DNA of 59,677 nt, counting the filler, from Basidioascus undulatus (lineage: Eukaryota): the NCBI GenBank assembly GCA_000826855.1. It is 6 parts of 6 records of this genome, joined end to end, with 100 filler letters (N's around TTAATTAATTAA, not from the genome) between each part and the next. Parts side by side here need not be neighbours in the genome. Positions count along the whole stretch, not along the records: positions 1 to 26,956 come from JTLS01000174.1; 5 more parts are not named here. The stretch is one strand, 5' to 3'. Each line of letters starts with the position of its first letter. Position 1 is the stretch's first letter. A model generated the notes under the pieces. That model saw only the letters and a list, made by a program, of their open reading frames with translations. It was not told where the DNA came from and did no database searches. The position numbers and the translations under genes are program-made. This document shows, piece by piece, positions 12,195 to 23,119 of this stretch.

Positions 12195-14485
12195 GTACAG
12201 CGGAGACGCCTTCACGTTCACCGTCACTTGGTTGATGTCCGTCCCGCAGATGACTGTCTCCGACCCGGACGTACCCGCCCAAAGGGACTCCAACGATTCG
12301 GAGCAAGAGCGCGAGCTCGAAGAGGTAGCGGACGCTTTTTTTGTGAGCAATTTGTACAATGGCTCAGTATTTTTGGCCTGATCAAGCTGGAAATCGACTT
12401 CACGGACATCAAATCGGAAGAAACGCTTCAACGCATCCGCCTTGCGGCGCTCGTACGTAGATTGTAATTCGCGATGCCATGGTCCAGGAGGAGCTGAAGC
12501 TGTATCACTGCTCAAAAGCTCTCCAAATACGCTTACGTTCTCGGCAAGCCAACCACGGCCCTCACCGTGCTCGGCGAGTCGGACGCAGCCCATGCCCTTA
12601 TCAAGGAGCATCTGGACATCAGCATCATGCGCCCGCTGCCGGACGCGCAGACGACGCGTACGCGCGAGAATATCGTGTTTGCAACGCTGCTCGAGGTACG
12701 TGCTATAAGCCTGATGCTTTTCTAAGACTTCGTGCGACGGTCGTTCACAGGAATGGCGATCCGCCTGTGTAGACAGTTTTGAATGCCCAGAAACTGCCCG
12801 AGGAGACCATTCGGCTGCTTCGTTTCCAGAGGATGTGGAGTCGCAGCTGGATTTATCCCACTGCCGAAGACCAGCCAAGGTGGCTGCGCAGCGAGGGTGC
12901 GTAGACGACTTGTTTTCAGGGAGTAGACTTCATGCTCAACTGCATTATTCACCAGCATTCATCGCGGTCGACGAAGTCACGACTTCGGTGCTCAACCAAA
13001 GGCCCAAGAGACGGACACGCATCATTCTGGGCTTCAGTGCGTGGTAAAGGTTCCGAGGTCAACGCTGCGAGCCCACTGACCTCGATTTTCTATCTCTCAG
13101 GAGGCACAGCCCTCGACTTCAAGAATCTCTTCCGCAGGAGTGGCCTTCGCGACGTCCGAGGCAAGTTGCCGGCACGCAGAGCATGCCCAGTACTCAGTTG
13201 GTGTTGACCGATGTCCCATTTCCGTCCATAGGAGAGACGAGACCCGGTTTCTGGCCCACAGTTCTGGGAACTATTTTCTGTGAGAGGCAATCGTGAAGGA
13301 AGCACGTGGAGACCGTACTGATCGATTCTCGCTGATTGCTAGACTACTTCCCCCTGCCCGCTGGCCTGGCGGCTGCAGACGTCTTTCACGACCTGATGGT
13401 CAGAATTTTCTCCTTACAGATCACAGGCCTGATTCTCACACTGTGCCAATCTTAGATCATTCGTTCGCCGTACCACTCCGGCCCCGTTCCGCGCGGTCTA
13501 CTTTCTCTATGGCACTTTATGAAAGCCACGGCTCGCATTTTCTTTTTCGGGCTCATATTCCCTCTCTATGCCATTTACTGGCTCATCGTCGCCCTCCGCG
13601 TATGGTGGACGGGCGTCGAGACGCGGGACTCAGGGGAAGGCTCGGCCCACACCGGGTTCTGGGCGCTGTGGAACGCACCTGAGGGCTTTGGCGGGTAAGC
13701 TTCTTCTCTGCATGAAGCTACAGCTCCAGCAGTGGGCACAGAGTAGACAACAAACCAGCTTACTCTTGGCTATGTCTGGAATGGGTAGCTACGAGTTCGA
13801 CCAGTTCGGGCGGCCAGCCTTGTTCAAGGACGGGGCGCTCGCGCTGGTAAAGAGCACACTCGAAGAGGCGGAAAGGAAGGGAAAGGAGGCGGAAGTCCTC
13901 GTTATTGGGCATTCACTGGGTGGGGCCGTCAGTGCGTAAGTGTGGGGACTCGTTCAGTTGTTTATGTTGAAGCTGATGTAGACCCTTACTAGCTTCGCTG
14001 CGCTCGACATTGCGCGTCGAATGAACCCGCCTGAGTCCCACTCTCAGTATTTCTCAGCCCAGAGCGCCGATCCCAACGTCGACAGCCCCACCAAACGCCT
14101 ACTCTCCCCGGAGGGGGAGGAGCTCCAGCTCGACGACGGACGCCTCCCTTCGTTCCCCATCCGGCACACGACCTTCGCTGCGCCACAAGTTGGTACCAAG
14201 CTCTTCCTCGACACGTTCGAGAGGGCTTTCGCTCCGGACGGGTGCGAATCGCTCGCCCTCGCGCGGCCGCGCGATCCAATCCCAGGCGTTCCACGCCCGC
14301 GCTGGCTTGACTGGCTGTCTCCCCTCGGCTTCGGGGTTTCATGGTGGCAATCAGGCCGTCGAGTCGTGCTACGGGGCGGGCCGTGGTGGGAAGCTCTGCT
14401 TGGTTTGCCGCAACACCCGCTGGCTGGCTACGTGAAACTTGTCGGGGCGGATAAGGAAAGCGCTGCGGTGTTTTCTATCGTCTGA
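12195..14485 (+). CDS. Class-3 (fungal triacylglycerol) lipase-like protein; 5' exons uncertain, possibly frameshifted
   Basis: Spliced motifs KLSKYAY, IILGF|RGT, AHTGFWALW, VLVIGHSLGGAVSA (13907-13921), TTFAAPQVG, DPIPGVP, QHPLAGY; 3' exons splice in frame, while two 5' junctions (~12500, ~13230-13340) do not with the most obvious sites; start approximate. Confidence 0.75.
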
Positions 14486-16247
14486 ACGAAGGGAAATTTT
14501 CCTCGTTATTCTCCTGTTTAATTGCGGAAATAATGGAGCGTCGCAACTTATCGTCAGAAACCGCATTCAGTACGAGGGCTGTGCATGCGCAAGGCCGTGC
14601 AAACACTGTCAGGTTCTGTGGAGCTGCCGATTCCAGCTCATGGCCTGTCCCGGTACTCTGTCAAACAGTACTTGGCAAAAAGATACAGATTGGTTCAAAT
14701 CGTAAATTTTCGGATCATGAGCAAATCAGCAGCCCAGTTCACCGTGTCCATCTGCCCAAGTCAACCGTCGCACAATGCCGACTTGCCTTCCCGTATGTGA
14801 AGGCATTCGAACCCAACTAATTCTTTACAGTTTCTTTGGAAACTTTGTAATTGATACCTAGCTTTGAAGCGCGATGCTCTGAGTCTCGGTTTGGTGTCGT
14901 CTGGGCACATTCCAGTGTGTGGCACCCGCATCCGTGTTCGACTTGCTCGCGAGCTCGCCACTTCCCCCCATCTCCTCCTCATTTACCTCCGACTACGATC
15001 TCTAATCTACCTGGGCTTCCGCTAATGCGTGCCAACGCGCACTTGACTCTACGGAGCCACCTCATCCGCAGGTTGACTTCACGCAAGCTCTCTTCACACA
15101 TGCTCCGCCGACGAGTCGCTCCGAGGAGCAGACGGTGTTTTTGCCGGTTGAACCCTCCGGATCCTTCTTATACTAACACGTGTCAACGTGCATCGTGCTC
15201 TACGGAGCTATCTCTCCCCGGACTCCCTTCAGACTCTCCCTCAAGTCCGAACCTCACGCAACCGGCCCAACGACTCACTCTGAGTAGCCGTAGAGTTCTT
15301 ACAATAGCGGTCTGATAGTCCCACCTTTTCGTTTCCATCATGCCGCCGCGCTTCCTCCGGGTCGCACAGGCGGGAATGCACACTAGCAGCACCATCTCCA
15401 CGCAGCGCTTCCTTGTCTCCTCAGCTCCTACCTTTTCCTCCAACTCTATATTATACTGACAAACTTTTATGGGGACTCTAGGTAACCAGTGCTACCGGGC
15501 GCTCCGATCCACGGAATCACCTCTCCCCAGATTTCCTTTCGACTTCGCCTCAACGTCCACTTCACGCAAGCTCTGGCCCCTCGCAACTCGCACTACACTC
15601 TCTGCGGGAGCGGATTCCACCCGCGTGACCTGAACTTTAACAGATCCTGCTGGTCTCCTCTATTCCTTGAGGTGTCCCTGCGCGTTCTCCGGATCCCACG
15701 GGAAAGATCTAAAGCCTTACAAGGCTTCCTGCTCCCTCGGCGCAAGTCCTCCCTCCGCCGCCCTTCCGCTCCGTCTTGCAAGCCGTATTGACTGGAAAAG
15801 CTCCAAATCCTTCTACTGGTAGGTCTAGGTGCGCTTCTCGCCCAAGCGAAGACATGCGACAGCAACAGAGACTCCTACGTTCTCAATAGAAAAGGGGGGT
15901 AATCTCAAAGCCACCTTCCGCGAATGACCACTGCTACGTTCGCAGTTCTTCATGTCGGTACATAAAGACAGTCGATGTGCAAGAAACGACCATGCCACCG
16001 TGGCGTAGAAAGGCAGCGTCGGAGATCGCAGCCCCGTGGGAGCAGGAAACCGGTGAATGCAGCGGGTTTAGGCAGCGAGTACATGCGAAGTTGTTCTCGA
16101 GAGTTTGGAACAGAGCTCTAAAATTATGGAAGACACGATCTGCGCAAAATGTTCATTGCATGATCAGCGCGGTACTACAGTGAGCGGGAAACATGAGGCA
16201 ACACCAACCTCGCTCAGCGGCTGTGTTCAGCATGGATCTAGCCGAGC

Positions 16248-17031
16248 CTAAATGGAACAAGCGGCGACCGCCTGTACCGGACCCCTGAAAGTTTCATAGC
16301 GGAGCCCGAGGACCTCCATTTCGTTGCTTGGCATATTATCGATCAAGTGCGAGTTGAGGTTTGCCCCGACAGGGAGGACGATCTGGCTCTTTGTGCGGCC
16401 CTCGAGCTTGTCTCTAATGCGGCGCGCGAAGCCGGGACGGAGGTTGTCGGTGATGATCAGGCGAAACGGAAAGGGCGAAGTAGCGGAAGTCGCCTCGAGG
16501 GTGAGCAGTACTGCGAGTGTAGGGGGGAGCTCGAGGCGGTGGTTGTTCCTGATAACACACAAGGCACCCTTGTTCCCGATTAGGCGAGTCGTCCCAAAGC
16601 TGAGCCACATCTGTTCCTGCGCCGTCCGTGGGCAGAGATCGGGTGGGGGACCTCGGCAGGCTTGAGGCTGAGTCTGCGTGAAGCGAGGATCGGCTGCGCC
16701 GCCAGCGTCGACGCGTACGGCGATGTTGAGGAAGGCTGTAGCCCCCATTCCTCAGGTCTGTATCGATTCACGAGGGCAGGGGAGGGGGGTACTCACGAAG
16801 ATCTTTGGGCACGGCAACACCCAGACCCAAATGAACCAGAACCGACACCTCCGTCTTCCTGTCGGCCTTGTCGAGGTATTTGACCGCCCGGATCGAGGGG
16901 ATCACTCCATCTCGATCATGCTCAACTATATTGCACCCCTCCGGTAGAGCAGATACTTTGGCATTGGCGTTTGAACTCGCGGTGAACATGGAGCGCAGCG
17001 ACCTGCTGATGCTGGCAGGACTGAAGGGCAT
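16248..17031 (-). CDS. Hypothetical two-exon gene or relic
   Basis: ATG-led exon (MPFSPASISRSL...VPKDL) ending at a GTGAGT donor near 16795, followed by a 166-aa ORF; frame join imperfect; no family recognised. Confidence 0.3.
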
Positions 17032-17953
17032 GTCGCGCTGTCGTTGTCTTCGAAAAGAGCTGTGGCGGGGTTACACCAAAGGAGAGTTTGATAAACAGGA
17101 AGAATAAGGAAGAAGGTCAGACACGGGCACTTCCACGTCCGCTTCCGCTTAGCTTGCTACTCGCAACCTGCGGAACGATCGAGTTTACTTTTTCCTCTGA
17201 GAGCCATGACATTTTGCCTCCGAATTAGCACTATTGGCGAGCATTATATGAAGCGTACAAGCTCTTGAGGGCATCCGTGTGGCCTGAGGGACTACTGGCG
17301 AGGGCGCGTTGCTGGGCTGCAGAAGGATGCGACTCAACTATTAATTGCCGTCTTGGAAGCAGCGGCTTTCAGCCATACTGTAGATACAAAGTGCGAATTT
17401 GGAGCTCCGGGAGAGCCCAGAATCAAGACGATCTTTTCTATCTGCGTGAGAGGGGTAACGAATCAGCGAGTCGAGTGCCTAGTACAGGTGAAACGCACCC
17501 AGTTGCAAGGTCTTTCTAGCCGATCAATAAATTCTCCTTTCCATCATGAAGGGAGCCATTTGAAGGTTTGTATCAGACGACAGTGATTGGGACGTCCTCC
17601 CGATAGTCTTAGTGAACTTTGGTCCCTACTTGCTCCTCGGGCGGCAAGCTACTTCCACGACCGAGTCCCTGACCAGCACGCGGAGCAGAGCAAGGACTGA
17701 GGATGACAACACGCGCAAGAGCAGTCCGTACGAGGCAATGGGGAAGTAATGCAGGTACTACAATGTCGAGTAACGAACAGTGGTGGTACAGGATGTCGAG
17801 CAAGGCATGGTGATCACTGGAACGAGGTAACAGACAGTGTGGTAGAAGTACAACGCCCGATGAGCGTGAAAACATGTGAGCGGAACGAGATGCGGTAGCG
17901 ATGCAAGCAAGGGGGTATCCGAGAGAAGAAGGAAGAAAACAATCTGTGGTCCG

Positions 17954-18862
17954 TCAAGCAGCCGCAATAGTCCCGACGAGCCTGAGCCCCTCCTGACCGC
18001 CCGCCCTCACGCCGCGGTACATGCGTGCGTCGCGCTCCGCCTCGGTGAGGCCCAAGCTGGTGTAGAACCGCCTGGCGGCGGTGTTGCTCGCTTGGACGTC
18101 GAGGCGGAGGCGGCCGGCCGGCCCGCCGAGCTTGGTGAGGAGCGTGCGAATGAGGAGCGTGCCCAGGTGCAGCCGCCGGTGCGAGGGGAGTAGCGCGAGC
18201 GTCGTGAGGTGCACTTGCGGTGGGGACGAGGGGGGCGAGGAGATGATGTGCCCTGTTGTGAAGCCGACGATAGTGTTTGGGGAGGAGGCGGGGACGGCCA
18301 GAAGCGCGAGGTGCGTCGGTTGGAGGAGGTGGTGCAGGAAGAAGGAGGCGGGGTAGGAGGTGGGGAGGAGGAGGGCCTGTGGGATGAGGATCAGGGATCT
18401 GCAAGGTACGCGGGGCTGTGAAGGTACGCGGGGCTGTGACCCGGGTAATGACGACAGCAAGTACAACTGCTGTTGCAAATATGTCCTTGCAACATGTGTT
18501 TGCCTCGAACCCAACTTCGAACGAGCAATACGCGAAGCGAACGTGAAACGAAAGTGCAGACTCACGTGAAGGCGCTTGACCTCAGCCATATCCGACGTGC
18601 GCATCGGTCGCACGACTATTCGCTCATCTCGCCGCGGCTCGTGTGCGACGTTGAGGGGGAGGAAGGCATCGTGGTTGATAGTGAGACGGAGATCCGAGTC
18701 CGATATCGGTGATGGGGACCGCGAGTAGGACGAAGGGAAGGGGAAGCCTTCGGAATCCGATGAGGGCGAGGATGCCAGTGAAGAGGATGAGGACGAGGGC
18801 GAGGACGAGAGAGGAATGCGGATGGGCTCAGCGGGTGGGAGGAGCGGGAGGAACGGCGACAT
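17954..18862 (-). CDS. GNAT N-acetyltransferase, NAA50/NAA60-like (intron 18377-18565)
   Basis: VKRLH|ALLLPTSYPASFF, HLTTLALLPSHRRLHLGTLL (acetyl-CoA motif A), LDVQASNTAARRFYTSLG; Ser/Pro-rich N-terminus. Confidence 0.85.
   Translation of the reverse strand: MSPFLPLLPPAEPIRIPLSSSPSSSSSSLASSPSSDSEGFPFPSSYSRSPSPISDSDLRLTINHDAFLPLNVAHEPRRDERIVVRPMRTSDMAEVKRLHVSLHFRFTFASRIARSKLGSRQTHVARTYLQQQLYLLSSLPGSQPRVPSQPRVPCRSLILIPQALLLPTSYPASFFLHHLLQPTHLALLAVPASSPNTIVGFTTGHIISSPPSSPPQVHLTTLALLPSHRRLHLGTLLIRTLLTKLGGPAGRLRLDVQASNTAARRFYTSLGLTEAERDARMYRGVRAGGQEGLRLVGTIAAA
18403..18438. repeat. Perfect 18-bp tandem duplication (2 copies) in the GNAT intron
   Basis: aaggtacgcggggctgtg occurs twice in a row. 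Confidence 0.9.
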
Positions 18863-19462
18863 TGTTATAGTGAATGTCGTTATGGAGCGCTTGAAGATGA
18901 GGAGGTGAGGTTGAGGACGAGCAGGAAGAGGTCTTCCGAGTTCGCCGCCTCCCTTGTTCGTGTATCGAATTCTATATCTGGCTCAGCCCGCCGTGCGCTG
19001 CGTAGTCCGGAGTCCGCCACCGAAACTCGACCCATCGATATCGCGTGAAGCCCGCGCCCGCACCGGGACGCAGGAGGCGGCAGCTCCGGGTAACGACGAA
19101 TGCTCGAGGGAGGGCAGTGATGCGGATGACGGTGAGGGCGCTATGCGGGGCCCAGATCAAATCTCCACGCATCTCCGGTGACCTGTCATAGCCGGAACAT
19201 CATCAGCCGCGTTAGTATTTCTATTAGTGCACCTAATTGCCTGCATTATTCGCGCAAGTGTGACTGGCAATGCTTGCGCAACGCTCGGTGTGCAAAGTCC
19301 AATAGCGAGGCTGCTGTTTCGCTTGAGTACATTTGACTGCCAACTGCAATTTTTCCTCTGTTCTCATATGTGAAATTGTGGATAAATCGTACACACTTTT
19401 GAGAGGCAATGAGTACCTCTGAAAGCGGGGTACCGCCTGCCGGCGGCGACACTACACTTTTC

Positions 19463-19502
19463 CGGCATTGGACGGTGTTGCTGGAGCTTCGGGTAGCGCC
19501 GG
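19463..19502. promoter_or_regulatory. Two CGG-N7-CGG motifs upstream of PCK1 (candidate Zn2Cys6 gluconeogenic activator sites)
   Basis: cgg-cattgga-cgg 19463-19475 and cgg-gtagcgc-cgg 19490-19502; reverse complement is CCGN7CCG, the AcuK/AcuM motif of Aspergillus gluconeogenic promoters. Confidence 0.35.
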
Positions 19503-19779
19503 AGACGGCAGCTCCTTGATCGCCCGAGCCTTCCCAGCCCAACTCTCGCCGAGTTCGTCCCGCCTGAGCGAGCCCATTTAAACCGCTTTCTCCTGCATCA
19601 CTTGCCTTCGAATTCCCATCTTCACCCCCTTCCCTCCCATACACCGCCAAAGGCACCCATACAAATAATATCAACGTGTAAGTCAGCCAAGACGAGCGAG
19701 GCGGGACCGTTGAATGGCCTGCGCTCACACGAGCGCCTTTCATGTGATCAGCGCTCTTCCCACACCGTCACCATCCGCA

Positions 19780-22219
19780 ATGTCCACTTCCAACATTCCC
19801 CCCGCCCAGGCCGGCAACCAGTTCATCAGTACGTTGCTGTCTCTTTTGCACTGTTGGAAGACCAATTATTCAACGTATACCCCTTCAGAGCTCCCCGATG
19901 ACCTCCACGCCCTCTCCGATGCTGGTTTCGACATGGACCACATCCACATCAAGGTCCGTCTCCCCGCCTTCTCACGCCGCTCAGTCTCCATCCTTCTGAC
20001 TCGCTCTCGCTTTCATCCATCCAGCGCAATGCCGCGGTCGCCCAGCTTTACGAGGAGGCCATCCGCAACGAGGGCGCCGTCATCTCGTCCAATGGTGCCC
20101 TGATCAACTTCGTGCGTGGTCTCAGCTTCCCCGCATCGCCCCGGCGTGTCTGACCCTCGCCCTCGCTTCCCGCCCACAGTCCGGCAAGAAGACCGGTCGC
20201 TCGCCCAAGGACAAGCGTATCGTCTTCGAGGAGACCTCCAAGGACGACATCTGGTGGGGCCCGGTCAACATCAAGATGCCTGAGCACGTCTTCGAGATCA
20301 ACCGCGAGCGGTGAGTCGGGTTTCTAAGCTTGGAAGCTTTGGGACGTGGTGCTGAAGATGGGGATTCGGAAGTGCGATCGACTACCTGAACACCCGCGAA
20401 AGCGTCTACGTCGTCGATGCGTACGCTGGGTGGGACCCCAAGTACCGCATCAAGGTTCGCGTCATCTGCGCGCGCGCCTACCACGCCCTCTTGTGAGTTT
20501 TATTTCTCCAATTCCTGAATAGCGCCGAATCTGATTCTCAATTCGATGTACAGCATGACCAACATGCTCATCCGCCCGACCCGCGAAGAGCTCGAGCACT
20601 GGGGCGAGGTACGTTGATCCTCCTTTCGCAGACTATTCAGTTGGACTGTCAGCTGATCGCCTGCCACCTTCTAGCCCGATTTCACTATCTACAACGCCGG
20701 TCAGTTCCCCGCGAACCGGTTCACGGCGGGCATGACGTCCACAACCTCGGTCGAGATCAACTTCAAGCGCATGGAGATGGTCATCCTTGGCACCGAGTAC
20801 GCCGGTGAGATGAAGAAGGGTATTTTCTCCGTCATGGTCAGTTGCTCTCTTCCGCCTCGTTAGCCTCCGGGCGAGAGGCTTCTCGTCGCCTCCACCCTCC
20901 CACTTTCGCCCGATTGCTGACGTCACGTTTCCTTGGACTCCTTTCCTCAACAGCACTACCTCCAGCCCGTTAAGTTCGGCCAGCTCTCGCTCCACTCGTC
21001 CGCGAACGAGGGCAAGGAGAAGGGCGACGTCACGCTCTTTTTCGGTCTCTCCGGCACCGGCAAGACCACGCTCTCCGCCGACCCGAACCGCCTCCTCATC
21101 GGCGACGACGAGCACGTCTGGGCCGACAACGGGGTCTTCAACATCGAGGGCGGCTGCTACGCAAAGACGATCAACCTCTCCGCCGAGAAGGAGCCCGAGA
21201 TCTTCAACGCGATCAAGTTCGGCTCCATCCTCGAGAACGTCGTCTACGACCCGGTCACCCGCGTCCCCAACTGTGCGCTCTCCATCCACTCTGTCCTCGA
21301 CAACTGAAGTGGCTGACTGGTTTTGCCTCACGCTCGCAGACGACGATGTCATGATCACCGAGAACACCCGCTGCGCCTACCCCATCGAGTTCATCCCGAA
21401 CGCCAAGATCCCCTGCATCTCGCGCAACCAGCCCAGCAACATCGTCATGCTCACATGCGACGCGTACGGTGTCCTCCCGCCCGTCTCGAAGCTCACGCCG
21501 GAGCAGGCGCAGTACCACTTCGTCGCTGGCTGTGCGTTCGATCCCTTCTCGCTCTGCTTCATCTTGAACTCAGACTCACGTATTGCCCTTTAAACAGACA
21601 CCTCGAAGACTCCCGGTACTGAGGACGGCATTCTCGAGCCCTCCCCGACCTTCTCCACTTGCTACGGCCAGCCCTTCATCGTCCTCCACGTGTGTCTACC
21701 TTGTTGGTGACGATGCTTTCGGACCACAATAATGACCCTGCCCTGCTCTCAACAGCCCGGCCGCTACGCGAAGATGCTCGCGGAGCGGATGGAGAAGGTG
21801 AAGGCCAACTGCTGGCTGATCAACACCGGCTGGACCGGTGGCAAGTTCGGCACTGGCAAGCGCTGTCCGCTGAAGTGTTCGTCGCTCCTCCCATGTCGCT
21901 ACTGTTTTCGAGGTCGTGTTCTGACGAATCCGAATCTCCACCCAACTCTCAAGACACTCGCGCGATCATCGACGCGATCCACGACGGCACGCTCGCGCAG
22001 GCCAAGTTCGAGCAGTTCCCCGTCTTCAACCTCTCCATCCCCACCGGCCTCTCCAACGTCCCCGACGAGATCCTTAACCCCGCTAAGGCTTGGAAGGACA
22101 CCTCCGCCTTCCAGACGGAGGTCAACAAGCTCGCGGGGATGTTCAACGAGAACTTTAAGAAGTACGAAAACGATCTCTCCGCCAACGTCGTGTCCGCCGG
22201 GCCGAAGGCGTCGGCGTGA
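19780..22219 (+). CDS. PCK1: Phosphoenolpyruvate carboxykinase (ATP)
   Basis: [38 protein letters not shown]-loop, [34 protein letters not shown]; many GT-AG introns. Confidence 0.97.
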
Positions 22220-23119
22220 GGAGGACGTTATGGGATGATGGTTTGAGGATCGCACTGGACTTTCGTTCGCATTTTCGACATCGACATGATAATCTTGTAC
22301 TCTCGCATTTGACATCAAGCGCAGCCCTGTAGCGCGCTAAAACAACTTGCTGTGTGTGCTTGTCTGCGAAGTGTTTCTTCTCTTCTCGTGCGCTTTCGGG
22401 GTTGTATCTGGAGTCAGTGTCTGAGATAGAGGATCCATACCGTCATTGAGCAGCGGGGTTATTCGAAATCCACGGGGTCGAGAAGAGAGAACGAGCACCG
22501 CTGCGGAGGACGTGCAAGAGCACGAGGAGGGCTGCCAGTGCGAGGAGAGGGTAGAAGAACGCCCGCTTTATTGCGGGAGACGGTGTGTCGGCAAAAGCAG
22601 CCGGCATGGTCGGCATTGAAAGAAAAGTTGGGGAGTGTTAAAGAAAGAAGACGACATCTACACGGACCTCTCTATCCGGTGCGGCCGCCGGCGCTTCGAT
22701 ATGAGGCGGCAGTTTGCAGGCACGGCTGACAGCTGTGAAACGATATTTCCGATGCTCGCTGACACTGCTGCGGCGGACGTTGTTTTCGGTATACGCATTC
22801 AGTAGGTAAGTGGTGAGTGTGTAATATCGACCATAAAGGGGGGAAGTGGTAGGCTTGACACAAGCCCCTCCTCGGCCTCGCGGCTCGCGCGCTAAGGGGC
22901 TTAGGTTGGGCCAAGGAAAGTGGGTACTTGCAGCGCGTAGTTACAGTTTCAGATTCACCAAGATTCACGCTGCTGGCAGGCTTCCCGCAATCAGATCATT
23001 GGCAGAACCACGCAGTATCCGCAGAGGCGGTTCCGAAGGTATTACAACATCAAAACATACTAGCGTACAGGAAACGAGGAATCGCAAAAGAGAAGACCAG
23101 CGAGGAGGAACCGGGTGGA

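Noticed and set aside
12171..12878. 235-aa minus-strand ORF as a separate gene
   Set aside because: Overlaps plus-strand lipase exons that carry splice signals and the KLSKYAY motif; no independent support.
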